A DNA stretch of 64,000 nt from positions 19,492,560 through 19,556,559 of the forward strand of contig NC_134027.1 of NCBI RefSeq assembly GCF_964204645.1, read 5' to 3'. The notes beneath the pieces are model-generated. The model saw only the letters and a list, made by a program, of their open reading frames with translations, searched no databases and had not been told where the DNA came from. The position numbers were made by a program, and so were the translations under genes. The DNA comes from Tubulanus polymorphus (Eukaryota > Animalia > Nemertea). Positions 49,336 through 61,493 of this stretch are shown here, piece after piece; within the stretch, counting starts at the first letter, position 1; every line of letters begins with the position of its first letter.

Positions 49336-52300
49336 ATGGAAGCAAATAAATACTACTGCCCAACATGTAATATCGATATAGATAAATCCTAAAAAGCAAG
49401 ACACAATAAAACTAGAACACATTTAGAGAATAAATTGAAACTAGAATATAAAGATGATATATTAGAAACTAAATTAGAAGAATTAAAGAATGAAAAAGAA
49501 ACATATAAATGTGATACATGTAATCAATCATTCAGTGATAAAAGATATTATAAAGAACATTTAAAATCTATAAGTCATATTAGAAATAAGAATAATGATA
49601 TTTTAGGTGAAGATTATTTTGATAATGATAACGATAAGAAACAGAAGACAATTAAAAGAATAAAAAATAAATTAAACAATAAAAGACCATATATGGAAGA
49701 TGTAAGAAATTATATTAATTCATTAGATAATAAAAAAGATATAGAGATAACCGAAGCATTTAAAAGTGATATTGGTCCAGCAGCTATCGAGTTTAAATTT
49801 CATAATGGAAAAACATTAGAAGAAAATAAAAAACATTTAGAAAATATGAAAGAAATAATAGAAATAATTACAGATGTTGAATATCCTAAAATTAGTATAT
49901 CAGTTAAAGTAAAGTTTATAAAATCTGAAGATAAACCAATATATAATATAAATTCTCATTCACAACATATTATATCTAAACAACATATAGATGATAAATT
50001 AAATAAATGTTATAATGAAATAAAAACTAAAATAGAAGAGAAATATTTTGAAGGATCTGGTTTAATATTTGATGAGATAATATTTATAACTTTACATGTT
50101 TATAACACAAAATATAATAAGTTAACTAAATCAAAACCAATTGATGAAAATAATTTATCATATTATAAAGAACCAGATATTGAAGCATCGAGTTATATTA
50201 AACTACCATTTAAAACTAATGCTGTAATAAATATACAAAATGAAGATGATAAATGTTTTCTATGGGCTATAATAAGTTGTTTACATCCAACAGAAGATAT
50301 TACACATAGTTTTAGATTAACTCATTATAAACAATTTGAAAGTAATTATAAGATAGATAAGTATCCTGTTAGAATTAAAAATATCCCAAAAATAGAAAGA
50401 GATAATAATTTAAAGATAAATGTATTTGATTTAATCAAATTACCAAATACAAAAGGAAATAATATTAAACATTATACATTAGAACCTTTATATCTATCAA
50501 AAGATTATGATTCAAATGATGTTATAGATATACTATATTATGAGAATCATTATATGTGGATTAAACTAATCGATTTATTTTTTAGAACAGAAAGTGATCA
50601 CCATAATAAAATATATCTATGTAGAAAATGTTTACATAAATTCAGTAATGAAAGTACATTATTAAATCATAAACAAATATGTGATAATCATGATTATTGT
50701 AAATTAGTTTTACCAAATGAAAAAGATAAAATATTAGAATTCAAAAAATATGATTACAAAAATAAAGTACCATTTGTAATATATGGAGATTTTGAATCAT
50801 TAAATAAAGAATTAACAGATAAAGATAGAAAAGATATATATTATAAAAGAAAGAAATTAAATTCTAATGAAAGTGATTATTCAGATGAACCACCAATAAC
50901 AAATACAATTAAAAAGATTCATCAATCAGCTGCAGCTTTCGGGATATATATTAAATCTGATTATCCAGAACTAATTGAAAGTGAATATTATCAGTATAGA
51001 AATGAAAATGTTATTAATCATTTTTGTGACTTATTAATTGAATATGAAATAAGATTTAATGAAAAGTTGAATACAAATAAAGAAATAATTATGACAGAAG
51101 AAGATAAAGAAGTATTTGCGTTTGCAGATAAATGTTATTATTGTGAAAAGATATTTAATTATAAAGTTAAAAAAGTAAGAGACCATGATCATTTGAATGG
51201 AAAGTTTAGAGGCGCTGCACATGAGAATTGTAATTTGCAAGCCAAAAAAGTAAATTTTGTCCCCATTATATTTCACAATTTATCGGGGTATGACGCGCAT
51301 TTATTCATTAAGCAACTGTGTCATAAAATAGAAGAAATTAATAATGAAATAGAAATATTAAATTCAAATAAATCAAAAGATAAAATACCAACGAATGTTA
51401 GCTAAAACATCTGAGAATTATATATCATTCCAATTTGGTTGTCTAGATTTATAGATTCATATAGATTTCTAGCAAGTTCATTAGATAATTTATCAAAATC
51501 ATTAGTTGATGATGAATTAAAGATATTAAAAGAATATTACCCAAATTATGATGATTTTAAATTAATGAGATATAAAGGCGCAATTCCATATTCTTTCTAT
51601 AAAAATCATAATGATTTTAAAATAACTGAATTATTGAAAGAACAATTCTATGATGAATTAAAAAATGAATATGTTAAAGATGAAGTCTATAATAGAACAT
51701 TGAATATTTGGAATCATTTCAAAATAGAAAATCATGGACAATTAGTAGATTTATATTTAAAATCAGATGTATTATTATTAACCGATATATTCGAAAGGTT
51801 TAGAGATGTAAACCTAAAATATTTCAATATTGATCCTTGTCATTGTTATTCTAGCCCAGGATTAACATGGGATTGTGGTTTAAAATTTACAGATATAAAA
51901 ATGGATTTGTTAACAAATATAGATCAATTACTATTATTTGAAAAATCTATAAGAGGAGGTGTTTCAGGTGTATTGGGTGATAGATATTTCAATGTAAATG
52001 ATAATCCTGGATATAAATTATTATACATAGATGCAAATAATCTTTATGGTTGGGCAATGATGGAACCACAACCTTATGGGATGTTTGAAATAACTGAAGT
52101 TTTACAAATTGATAAATTTGATTGGAAGAAAAGAATCCTAGATATTGCAGATGATTCAGATACTGGTTACTTCTTTGTTGTAGATTTAGAATACCCTGAA
52201 AATATTAAATTCAAATCTAGAAATCTAGCATATTGTCCCGAACATAAAACTGTTAAACATGAAGAATTATCAAATTATCAAAAAAGAATTAAACCTGAAA

Positions 52301-53355
52301 ATCATATTCATACAGAAAAGTTAATGGTAACTCAAGAAGATAAATATAATTATGTAGTACATTATAGAATGTTGAAGTTTTATTTGAATCAAGGAATGAT
52401 ATTAAAAAAAGTACATAGATATATTTCATTTAATCAATCTAAGTGGTTAGAAAAATATATAGATTTTAACACCAAACAGAGAACTGAAGCTAAAACAGAT
52501 TTTGAGAAGGATTTTTTTAAATTGATGAATAATGCATTTTATGGAAAAACATGTGAAAATATTAGAAATAGAAATGATATTGAGTTAGTTAGTAATGGTA
52601 AAAGAATTAGACATTTGCAATCGTATCCGAAATTCATAGGTAATAGAATATTCGATGAAAATTTAGCTGCAGTTAAATTAAAAAGAACTTCTATGAAGTT
52701 CAATAAACCTATTTATGTTGGAGCTGCAGTTTTAGAAATTTCAAAGCTATTGATGTATCAATTTTATTATAATGTTTTACAACCCCATTTTGGGGAAAAA
52801 CATATAGAAATCTTATATCTAGATACAGATTCTTACATATTAAAGATAAAAAGTGATAACATAACAAAAGACTTAAAAATATTAAAACACCATTTTGATT
52901 TCAGTAACTATCCAAAAAATCATGAACTATTTAACAATGATAATAAAAAAGTTTCTGGGAAGTTTAAGGATGAATTAGGTGGTGAAGAAATGATAGAGTT
53001 CATTGGTATTAGATCTAAAATGTATTCATATAAAACTAAAGAACATGAAGCTAAAAAGTTAAAAGGAATTACCAAAAGCGTTGTTGAAAAGAATATTCAT
53101 TTCAAAGATTACATCAATTGTATATTTAATGAAGAAGTTAGAAAACATAAAATGAAATGTTTAAGATCTGAAGATCATGAAATGTATATTGAAGAGATAG
53201 AGACGATAAGTCTAAACCCATTTGATGATAAAAGATATATTTTAGATGATGGAATCCACACAGTCGCCTATGGTTGCAATTTAGATGAATATATAAAATT
53301 CAAAAGAGAAGAAACAAAAGAAAATGAGATTATGAAAAGGATTCTAGCGTGTTAA
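49336..53355 (+). CDS. P3 protein-primed DNA polymerase B, intein-free (stop ~49390, frameshift ~51390)
   Basis: DDKCFLWAI, YGDFES, RDHDHLNGKFRGAAHENCN, YIDANNLYG, KLMNNAFYGK, YLDTDS. Confidence 0.95.
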
Positions 53356-53383
53356 TCAATTTCAATAAAAATTTGTATAATAA

Positions 53384-53725
53384 ATGGAGAGTAAACAAGT
53401 ACACAGTGAATTCTTAGATAGAATTAAAGATACTTCAAGCGTCAAATCTGTAGATTATAAATTCAAAAAGTTAACAGAATTAACAATTCACAAGAAATAT
53501 TTAATTACTAACATTGAAACAATTACTAATAAATATGGAGATAAATTAATAATTCATTTAGAATATGAAGGATTAAAAGGAAATAAATATAAATTCAGAA
53601 CATATTTACCAGATAGATTTCATAGATTATCAAGTGAAGATCTAGAAGAATTATGTTCTGGAGATTTCTATTTCGTATACAAAGGTAAGAATGAAAAAGG
53701 GCACCATGAAATAGATTTCGAATAA
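53384..53725 (+). CDS. P3 small conserved protein (possible OB-fold)
   Basis: Divergent homolog of 10022-10348. Confidence 0.75.
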   Translation: MESKQVHSEFLDRIKDTSSVKSVDYKFKKLTELTIHKKYLITNIETITNKYGDKLIIHLEYEGLKGNKYKFRTYLPDRFHRLSSEDLEELCSGDFYFVYKGKNEKGHHEIDFE

Positions 53726-53742
53726 GAAAATATATAAAATAA

Positions 53743-54498
53743 ATGGTGGAATTAAAAGAATACAGAATATTTATAGATTCTAGAAGGCTTACAAATTATA
53801 AATCACATAATTTATTAGTACAATTAGACAGAGAATTTAAGAATTGTGTAGATTTAAAATTAGTTAATATAAGTTTATGTAATTCTTTTTACAATGTATC
53901 GGATAAAACTTTTGAACATAGAGGGTTTATGATTTATATGAGAAATAAAGATAAATGGTTTCATATATTTTTAAAACCAGGATTATATAATTTAGAATCA
54001 TTAGCACAGGAAATTAATAGAAGAGCTCGGTTGAAAATCGGGGGCACTTCTGTATTTGAAATTAAATTTAATAAAATTGATAGTACTAATAAAATAAGAA
54101 TAAAGATATCTAATGAACAACATAAATTTATGGTAAACAAACCACTGGCTAAAATGTTAGGAATTAAACCACTTACAGTTACTGGAAACGCAGAAGGCAG
54201 CTCAAATATAATACCTTTTACACACTTTTATATTTATTGCAATTTAATCGATCCTACAAAAACATTCGAAGCAACTAAAGAAACAATTTGTAGTTCTAGT
54301 ATACTAAATATTTTACCGCTAAAAAATGTTAAACAATTTGGAACTCAAATAAATTATAATTTAACAGAATGTGATTTTAAACCTTGCATTCCTAAATTTA
54401 ATAATTTTAAATTAGAAATAAGAAATCATAATGGATACTTAATTGATTTAAATAACTTTCCTGTGATATATGAATTAGTTATAAGATGTAGAGAGTAA
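53743..54498 (+). CDS. P3 minor capsid (penton) protein
   Basis: Homolog of 18986-19744. Confidence 0.8.
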   Translation: MVELKEYRIFIDSRRLTNYKSHNLLVQLDREFKNCVDLKLVNISLCNSFYNVSDKTFEHRGFMIYMRNKDKWFHIFLKPGLYNLESLAQEINRRARLKIGGTSVFEIKFNKIDSTNKIRIKISNEQHKFMVNKPLAKMLGIKPLTVTGNAEGSSNIIPFTHFYIYCNLIDPTKTFEATKETICSSSILNILPLKNVKQFGTQINYNLTECDFKPCIPKFNNFKLEIRNHNGYLIDLNNFPVIYELVIRCRE

Positions 54499-54514
54499 TT
54501 TTTTTGATATATAA

Positions 54515-54874
54515 ATGAATATAACTGTTGGACCAAGTATATGTTTTGGATTTGATTTTAAACATGAGAAAGAAATGAAATTTAATATTAATGATGTAAT
54601 TACACATATCAAAAATATTGCATTTTCTAATGAAACAACATTTGAGTATGAAACAACAATAGATAAAGAAACTTTAAATGTAGAAAAGATTACTAATTTA
54701 ATTAGAGAATCTTTAAGATTTTATGAATTAGATGAAGATTTTATCATCGATGATATTAAAAACATATTATCCAAAATATATGATAATCATAAAACTAGTA
54801 ATGAAATAAATGTTGAATTAATCATAAATAAGTTAACTAAATATTTTGAAGATAGTAATTTTTTTGATAAATAA
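54515..54874 (+). CDS. P3 119-aa hypothetical protein
   Basis: Homolog of 18613-18969. Confidence 0.8.
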   Translation: MNITVGPSICFGFDFKHEKEMKFNINDVITHIKNIAFSNETTFEYETTIDKETLNVEKITNLIRESLRFYELDEDFIIDDIKNILSKIYDNHKTSNEINVELIINKLTKYFEDSNFFDK

Positions 54875-55096
54875 ATGAGTGATATTAAGTGGATAATAAC
54901 TGGATTATATAATGGCGCATTACTATCAGTTGGAACTGTTGGTTATTCAATGGTATTAAAAAAAGTATTCAAAATGGGAAGTGTTAATGTTGATAGATTT
55001 GATATAAATGATATTTTAAAGTTAACATTAGCAGTTACTTTATCTAATTTAACTATTGATTATTTGGAAAAACAAAAATATATTCCTCCCATATAA
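54875..55096 (+). CDS. P3 73-aa hydrophobic protein
   Basis: Homolog of 18391-18612. Confidence 0.85.
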   Translation: MSDIKWIITGLYNGALLSVGTVGYSMVLKKVFKMGSVNVDRFDINDILKLTLAVTLSNLTIDYLEKQKYIPPI

Positions 55097-55120
55097 ATAC
55101 ATAATTTTTTTGCTAAATAA

Positions 55121-55543
55121 ATGGCTTCTGCAATTATAACTATTATAGGATCAGCAATTGTTAACGCTTTAGGATTTACTGGTGGTGGTTATTTATTTAA
55201 ACATATTGATAAAAATAGTTCATTAGGAGAACAAAGAAGACATAACTTAGCGTTAGAGAAATATAATAAAGCTGCAGAAGAATATAGAGAAAAGAGACAA
55301 AACTATATGGATTACATCAATAAAGAATTATATGATCAGAAGATTTCACACAGAGATTTTCAATCAGTTGATGATGCAATGAGTTTATATAACGCAGTAA
55401 CCAATAAAGAAAAATTACATCTATACAAACCTAAATTATCAGATTATTATACCCCGAGTAAAGAACAACAGAAATATGAAATAATTTGGATTTTAGGTGG
55501 AACTGTTATTGTTATATTTGTTGCTTATAAGTTTACTAATTAG
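55121..55543 (+). CDS. P3 140-aa membrane-associated protein
   Basis: Hydrophobic N- and C-termini; homolog of 17944-18366. Confidence 0.85.
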   Translation: MASAIITIIGSAIVNALGFTGGGYLFKHIDKNSSLGEQRRHNLALEKYNKAAEEYREKRQNYMDYINKELYDQKISHRDFQSVDDAMSLYNAVTNKEKLHLYKPKLSDYYTPSKEQQKYEIIWILGGTVIVIFVAYKFTN

Positions 55544-55562
55544 TAATTTTTATTCTAAATAA

Positions 55563-55997
55563 ATGGAAGATAAAGTTGATAGTATTGATATTATTCCTCA
55601 TGATATAAATAAAACTAAATTAAAAACATATTTAGAAAAACAAATATTAGAATTTGAAAGTGACTTAAAGATAAAAAAGAAAAAATATTTAAAAAGTAAA
55701 ATTATATATTATTTGATTATAAGTGGTTCGGTTACAATTAGTTCTGTAATAACATTTCTAGCAATATTCAGCCCATTAACACCTTTAGCTATATCAATTG
55801 GTGTATTAGGATTAAGTTCAAGTGTTTTAACTGGTATAAGTTCAAAATTAAATATAAAAAGTAATAAAGAAAAAATAAAATCTAATATAAAAGAAATTAA
55901 TAAATTAAAGAACACACTAGATTATATAATAAGTTTAAATGGTCATATAACAGTTGAAGAACAAGATAAATTATTAAAAGAATTAATAAATTATTAA
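55563..55997 (+). CDS. P3 144-aa two-TM protein
   Basis: Central hydrophobic hairpin between helical segments. Confidence 0.85.
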   Translation: MEDKVDSIDIIPHDINKTKLKTYLEKQILEFESDLKIKKKKYLKSKIIYYLIISGSVTISSVITFLAIFSPLTPLAISIGVLGLSSSVLTGISSKLNIKSNKEKIKSNIKEINKLKNTLDYIISLNGHITVEEQDKLLKELINY

Positions 55998-56013
55998 TTT
56001 TTTAATTATATAA

Positions 56014-57402
56014 ATGGCAGATAGTTTTCCAAAAGCTTTCCAATATAATAAATCAATTAAATATAATATTCCAGCAATAGATTTTAATAAAGATATTACA
56101 TATAGAAATGAAGTTTTAGATTCATTAACTAATTTAGAAATTTATGTTACTGAAACTAATAATTTTAATGCAAAGATGGAAAATATATTTCATGTATATT
56201 TAATTAATTTTAAAAAATTGAAAGATGAAAAACAATGGTTATTAAAATCTAATATGAAGTATTGGCAGAACCAATTAAATTTTGCTGTTTATTGTGCAAC
56301 AACAGGATGTGGAATAAGTTGGAATGATCATTTGAATAATTCTAAATATAAACTAATTCAAAGTTTATTTAGATTTCATACATACTTTCAAATCAGAATA
56401 ATATTAAATGAATTAGAGTGTGCTTTACCAGGATCTAGATATTTTAAAGAATTAGATAATAATATTAATTTATCAAAGTTTTATAAAATTTGTAATGAAT
56501 TTAATATAGATATAAATAATTCTGATTTTAGAACAAAAATTGGAACAATAAGATCACTTCCTTGCCCTAAAAAGATTGCAGAATATTGTGCACTTCCCAT
56601 ACCATCTAATAGTTTTTATAATATCTATAATAAAAAATTAGGTTATGGTAAAATAGAAACAAAGGATTTAGAAACATTAAATTTCAATAAATTACCAAAA
56701 TTTTATGATAATTTAAAACAAGAAAACAATAATGGTTGGGTTTATTTTATTTTAGAAAATAGTGAAGGTTTTACTAAATCAGGTATAGAAAGAATAAATC
56801 AATCTATTAGAACTTATTTGATTTGTATTCTAGGATCACAAGTTGAAACAAGATCACCGATAATTGGAAATTTGAATACATCATTCGATGCGCAGAAACA
56901 GTTTAAAGTTTTATTTGAAGATTCAATTCATAATGATAAAAATAGATCGATTCCAGAAAACATTATAAGATATCAAAATTATTTAGATAAATCTCATGTA
57001 AGACTTAATTATTGTATAGGCCCTAATCTATTAATTATTTCTAATGATTTAGTATTGAAGATGGGAAACATAATTGGTTATAATAATCTAATTAAAACTG
57101 CAACAATAAATAATTCATTTGGATTAAATGATATAAATAAAAAGATTATTACTGCTCCAAAATTAATGGAAGGTGAAAAAAATAAAAAACATATTCAATC
57201 AACAGAAACTAAAACTAAGAATATTAAATTGGATAATGATTCTAAAATAAAAGATTACAATACATCAGAAAATAATAGAACTGATAAAATTCAACATGAT
57301 ATAATTAAACTAAATGATGATAATAAATCCCATGAAAATACTAAATTAGCTATAACTTGTATAGGAATTGTAATCGGAGGAATATTATATTTTAAATTTT
57401 AA
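56014..57402 (+). CDS. P3 462-aa conserved protein with C-terminal TM anchor
   Basis: WQNQLNFAVYCATTGCG core; LAITCIGIVIGGILYF tail. Confidence 0.88.
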   Translation: MADSFPKAFQYNKSIKYNIPAIDFNKDITYRNEVLDSLTNLEIYVTETNNFNAKMENIFHVYLINFKKLKDEKQWLLKSNMKYWQNQLNFAVYCATTGCGISWNDHLNNSKYKLIQSLFRFHTYFQIRIILNELECALPGSRYFKELDNNINLSKFYKICNEFNIDINNSDFRTKIGTIRSLPCPKKIAEYCALPIPSNSFYNIYNKKLGYGKIETKDLETLNFNKLPKFYDNLKQENNNGWVYFILENSEGFTKSGIERINQSIRTYLICILGSQVETRSPIIGNLNTSFDAQKQFKVLFEDSIHNDKNRSIPENIIRYQNYLDKSHVRLNYCIGPNLLIISNDLVLKMGNIIGYNNLIKTATINNSFGLNDINKKIITAPKLMEGEKNKKHIQSTETKTKNIKLDNDSKIKDYNTSENNRTDKIQHDIIKLNDDNKSHENTKLAITCIGIVIGGILYFKF

Positions 57403-57418
57403 TTTTTTTATTATGTAA

Positions 57419-59107
57419 ATGGATGTAGAAGGTGGAGAAAATATTCCATTGGATGACATGGGAAATGATAATGAAGGATATATTGATGATGATTATAATG
57501 ATGCAGGTGCTAATATTGATAATAATGATGAATCAGCATATAATACTAATTTAGGTGAAGATGATGATTATGATGATGGAATTAATACCGAAGTACGTGA
57601 AAAAATAAATAAATATTTAGAAGCTCTTGAAAGTGGTAAAATTTCAACTAGAACAGAAAGAAAAGAATTCATGGAACTATTAGTAAAACAAGAAGAAAAA
57701 TATCCTAATGAACGTTTGGAATTATATAAAATGAAATCTAGAGTAACAGATACAATTGTTAACGAATTACTACCAATAGCTCTAATACATGAAATTGATC
57801 CAAAAGGTGTTGTAGAACAAATTTTGAAAGATGACCCATATTTCATGAATAATTTAGAATTTAAAAATGATGCATGGTATTATAATCTTGATTTAAATAA
57901 CAAAATTGTATCAATTCAATTATCTAAAATGGGTCAAGAAAATATTTATGAACCTGAAATGCGAGCATTATCTACAATTGAACATTCAAAAGGTGGCACA
58001 GAATTTCTCAGAATTATATGGAATGCACTCGATAGAATAAATGAAAAAGAACCAATTCCTAAAATTGATATAAACAAATATTCACCATTTAAAAATCCAT
58101 TTAAAAATCCAAATCCAAATCCTACTGATTTTGATCCAGAAATGGAAGAGAATAGAAATCGATTAGATGGATTAAGATCTTCAACACCCGAAACATCTAG
58201 AAGAGACACTCAACAAATTGATAATGATTCAAGTAAATTACAATTAGAAAAACAAATTGATAGATTAAGAGATTCAGAAGAACTGATGAATAGTGCTGGA
58301 ATAAATCGAATACAATCTTTACTAGAAAAAGGATTATTTGATTTAACTGATGATGAATTAGAAGCATTTCCTGAACAAGCACGTAGAGAAATTAAAGGTA
58401 TGCAAGAATCAGCTGATAAAATTGCGCATGAAAAAAGTAAAAGAGATATTAAAATTAGATTTTTAGAAAAAGATAGAACTGATAAAAATAAAGAAATAGA
58501 ACAATTAAAATTAGATAGAGATAATAAAGTTATTGAAGAAATTGAATTTAAAAAAAGAAATGCATATTTAGAAAAAGAAATTGATGATTTAGAATATAAC
58601 ATAGAATTACAAAAAGAAGAAATTAAATTATTATTAAAATCATATGATTATAATATTAATAGATTAAAAGTTATTTTTAAAGATTTGTTGATTAAACCAA
58701 ATTCTGAAATATCATTAAAAGACAGAATAAAGTTATTATTTAAATTAGAAGGAATAACAATTCTTTCAATTCTAACATCTGTTACTATGTTATTTACAAC
58801 AATTGGTTTAGCTATATCAAATGCTTTGAAATCTACTCCTACTCCCAATAAACCAGATAAACCCCCAGGTAATAATTCTATACAAGATAAAGTTAAAGAT
58901 GGTTTAAAGAAATTAGCAAAATATTTATGGGAACTATCTAAAAAATCTGCTGCAGCTTTACCAGGAGTTATTGCATCAATTGTTGGTTTTATATTGAAAT
59001 CTGCAGGAAACATTATTAACTTTGCTGCTGAACATATTATTTTATTTTTAATTACAGTTGTAAGTGCTATTATTTTTAGTTTAGTGAATATGATTAAAAA
59101 TAAATAA
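57419..59107 (+). CDS. P3 562-aa acidic/coiled-coil protein with C-terminal TM helices
   Basis: Intact ORF; hydrophobic segments near the C-terminus. Confidence 0.88.
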   Translation: MDVEGGENIPLDDMGNDNEGYIDDDYNDAGANIDNNDESAYNTNLGEDDDYDDGINTEVREKINKYLEALESGKISTRTERKEFMELLVKQEEKYPNERLELYKMKSRVTDTIVNELLPIALIHEIDPKGVVEQILKDDPYFMNNLEFKNDAWYYNLDLNNKIVSIQLSKMGQENIYEPEMRALSTIEHSKGGTEFLRIIWNALDRINEKEPIPKIDINKYSPFKNPFKNPNPNPTDFDPEMEENRNRLDGLRSSTPETSRRDTQQIDNDSSKLQLEKQIDRLRDSEELMNSAGINRIQSLLEKGLFDLTDDELEAFPEQARREIKGMQESADKIAHEKSKRDIKIRFLEKDRTDKNKEIEQLKLDRDNKVIEEIEFKKRNAYLEKEIDDLEYNIELQKEEIKLLLKSYDYNINRLKVIFKDLLIKPNSEISLKDRIKLLFKLEGITILSILTSVTMLFTTIGLAISNALKSTPTPNKPDKPPGNNSIQDKVKDGLKKLAKYLWELSKKSAAALPGVIASIVGFILKSAGNIINFAAEHIILFLITVVSAIIFSLVNMIKNK

Positions 59108-59127
59108 TTAATTTTTTTGTTAAATAA

Positions 59128-60377
59128 ATGAGTGGGAGTTATATCAATCCTTCTAAGAATCATAGAATATCTAATGCTATTAAAGCAGAAAGATCACATC
59201 ATATAATTACTCATAACCCTTCAAATATTAATCCCGATGAAACTTTATACGTTAGAATTCCTAGATTAACACAAAATACTTTTTATGTTCCAAATAGTAT
59301 TTATTTATCAGCTGATATAAAAGTAATCGGTAATAATAATAATTATGTTGTCGATAATGTTGGAAGATATTTGATTAAAAAGTTAACAATAAAGATTGGT
59401 CCAGAAACAGTTTTCTCATTAGATGATTATAATTTATTTATGCACTATAAAGATTTATGGTTAACTAAAGAAAATAGAAATAATATGATATTTCAAGGAA
59501 TCCAATCAGAAAACCAAAATAAATTAAGATCAGAAGCTAATAGCGCAATATTAACAAATGATGTAGATAAATTGATAAAAAGTATATATGGAAGCAAATA
59601 TAAAATTCCATTAGACTTTGAATTGATAAATAATAATGCACCTTTATATAAATACGCAATTCAAGAAGATGTTATATTCGAAATAACATTTGCTCCTGTA
59701 AATGAAATTGTAATATCTAGCGTTAATAAAGATATGAGTTATAAATTATCGAATATATGTTTAGAATATGATACAGTAACTGATGAAAATATTTCAAGTA
59801 TAATTCAAACTAAATACAATCAAGGATTTTCATTATTATATGATTATATTGATAAATTTAAAACTGTAACTATTAATGCAAATGATGAAATAATAAATGA
59901 GAATATTAACTTTCCTAGAAGATCTATTAAAGGTATATTAATATTTTTTACTATTGGAACGTATACTAATGGCGCAATAAATGTTGATAATTATTATAAT
60001 CCTGAAATAACAAAAGTAGAAATAACTATCGAAGGTATAGCGAATAAAATATTTTGTCAAGGAATGAGAATGATAGATCAATGGGTAGAAATTAAAAAAC
60101 ATTTTATGAATGAAAAAGTAAAATCATTTGAAAATTGTAACATTAATCAAATTGATATTATTATACCGGTAATAAATATGCATTATGGTTAGATTTTAGA
60201 ACAACTGAAGATAACTTATTACATGGTTCTGGAAAAAAACTACAGAACACTAAAGATGGAATACAATTATTCATGATAAAGAAAAAAGGAATCAAAAATT
60301 TTAAAATGCACATTTATATTATATCTGATGCGCAATTAAATATTGTAAATTCACAATTAGATAGTGTTATGTATTAA
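59128..60377 (+). CDS. P3 major capsid protein (frameshift ~60160)
   Basis: ORF 59128-60192 plus shifted C-terminus KYALWLDFRT..LDSVMY. Confidence 0.78.
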
Positions 60378-60409
60378 AATTGTAACTTTAATAAAAATAT
60401 ATATAATAA

Positions 60410-61357
60410 ATGGAAGGAGGTAAAGTATATAAACATATTCCATACATCGATACACATGAAAATAATGATGGTTTATATTATGTAATACCTTGTAATATAG
60501 CTTTGATATTTGATCCTATTTTTAGAAATTATAAAACTAAACTGATAGAAATCGATAATAATAAAAGTGGTGTTGTTAATAATAGTGTAATTGATAATAA
60601 TGTAATACCTACTACTACATCTGTAATACCTACTACTACATCTGTAATACCTTCTACATCTGTAATACCTACTACATCTGTAATACCTACTACTACATCT
60701 GTAATACCTACTACATCAAATAATGTAATACCTTCTACATCTAATAATGCAATAATATTAAATGTTAGTGAAAATAGAAATTATTGTGGTTATTGTAATG
60801 GTGAATTTTCAAACGCTCCATCAAATTGGAATAAACATATGAATACAAATTCACATATTACTAATGTTATAGAACGTGTTGGTTTAAAAGAATTTATAGA
60901 ACACCCATTTAGATATGTTACAAAGTTTGTTTCAAATAAAAAAGTAAATGGTAAAGAATTATATGAAGATTTTTTATTAACAACACCTAATAAAGATGAA
61001 TTAGATTTAACTGATGCTAATGAAATATTAGGATCAAACACTGTAAATGAAATATTAGGAGCAAACACTAATAAAGATGATAATGAAAATGATGCCATAC
61101 ACCCACATGATGATATAGTTACAGTTAAACATATTGATAATAAAGATTCTATAAAACTTAAAGTAGAAAATAATGATAAATTTGATTGGATGAATAAGTT
61201 TAAAAATGAAACAACTATTGATGATTTGGTAAAAAAGGTGAAAAAGGTGAAAAAAAATTATAAAGATGTTGATGTAGATTCGGTAGAGCATTTAAATATG
61301 TTGTTAGCGTCTGATAGTGAAAGTGATTCAGAAATTGATTATCTAAAACTCGAATAA
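60410..61357 (+). CDS. P3-specific protein with VIPT(T)TS repeats and one C2H2-like Zn finger
   Basis: 18/21-bp tandem repeats at ~60600-60740; YCGYC..WNKHMNTNSH. Confidence 0.8.
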   Translation: MEGGKVYKHIPYIDTHENNDGLYYVIPCNIALIFDPIFRNYKTKLIEIDNNKSGVVNNSVIDNNVIPTTTSVIPTTTSVIPSTSVIPTTSVIPTTTSVIPTTSNNVIPSTSNNAIILNVSENRNYCGYCNGEFSNAPSNWNKHMNTNSHITNVIERVGLKEFIEHPFRYVTKFVSNKKVNGKELYEDFLLTTPNKDELDLTDANEILGSNTVNEILGANTNKDDNENDAIHPHDDIVTVKHIDNKDSIKLKVENNDKFDWMNKFKNETTIDDLVKKVKKVKKNYKDVDVDSVEHLNMLLASDSESDSEIDYLKLE

Positions 61358-61424
61358 TAAAGGTTGAAAATTGTATAAAATAATAGTAAATAAAAAAAGG
61401 GTTTTAATTATTTAAGGTATCTAA

Positions 61425-61493
61425 TAGGGTATCAGGTATTAGGGTATCAGGTATTAGGGTATCAGGTATTAGGGTATTAGGTATTAGGGTATC
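61425..61493 (+). repeat. 15-bp tandem repeat TAGGGTATCAGGTAT (~4.6 copies)
   Basis: Seen directly between convergent genes. Confidence 0.92.

Noticed and set aside
57568-59163. Antisense ORFs over Polinton genes (also 14702-15163, 17568-17798, 55709-55915, 60790-61291)
   Set aside because: Shadows of AT-biased sense-strand codons; no TAAATG start or motifs.
61425-61493. True telomere or telomeric integration site
   Set aside because: TTAGGG occurs only within a 15-bp unit internal to the element.
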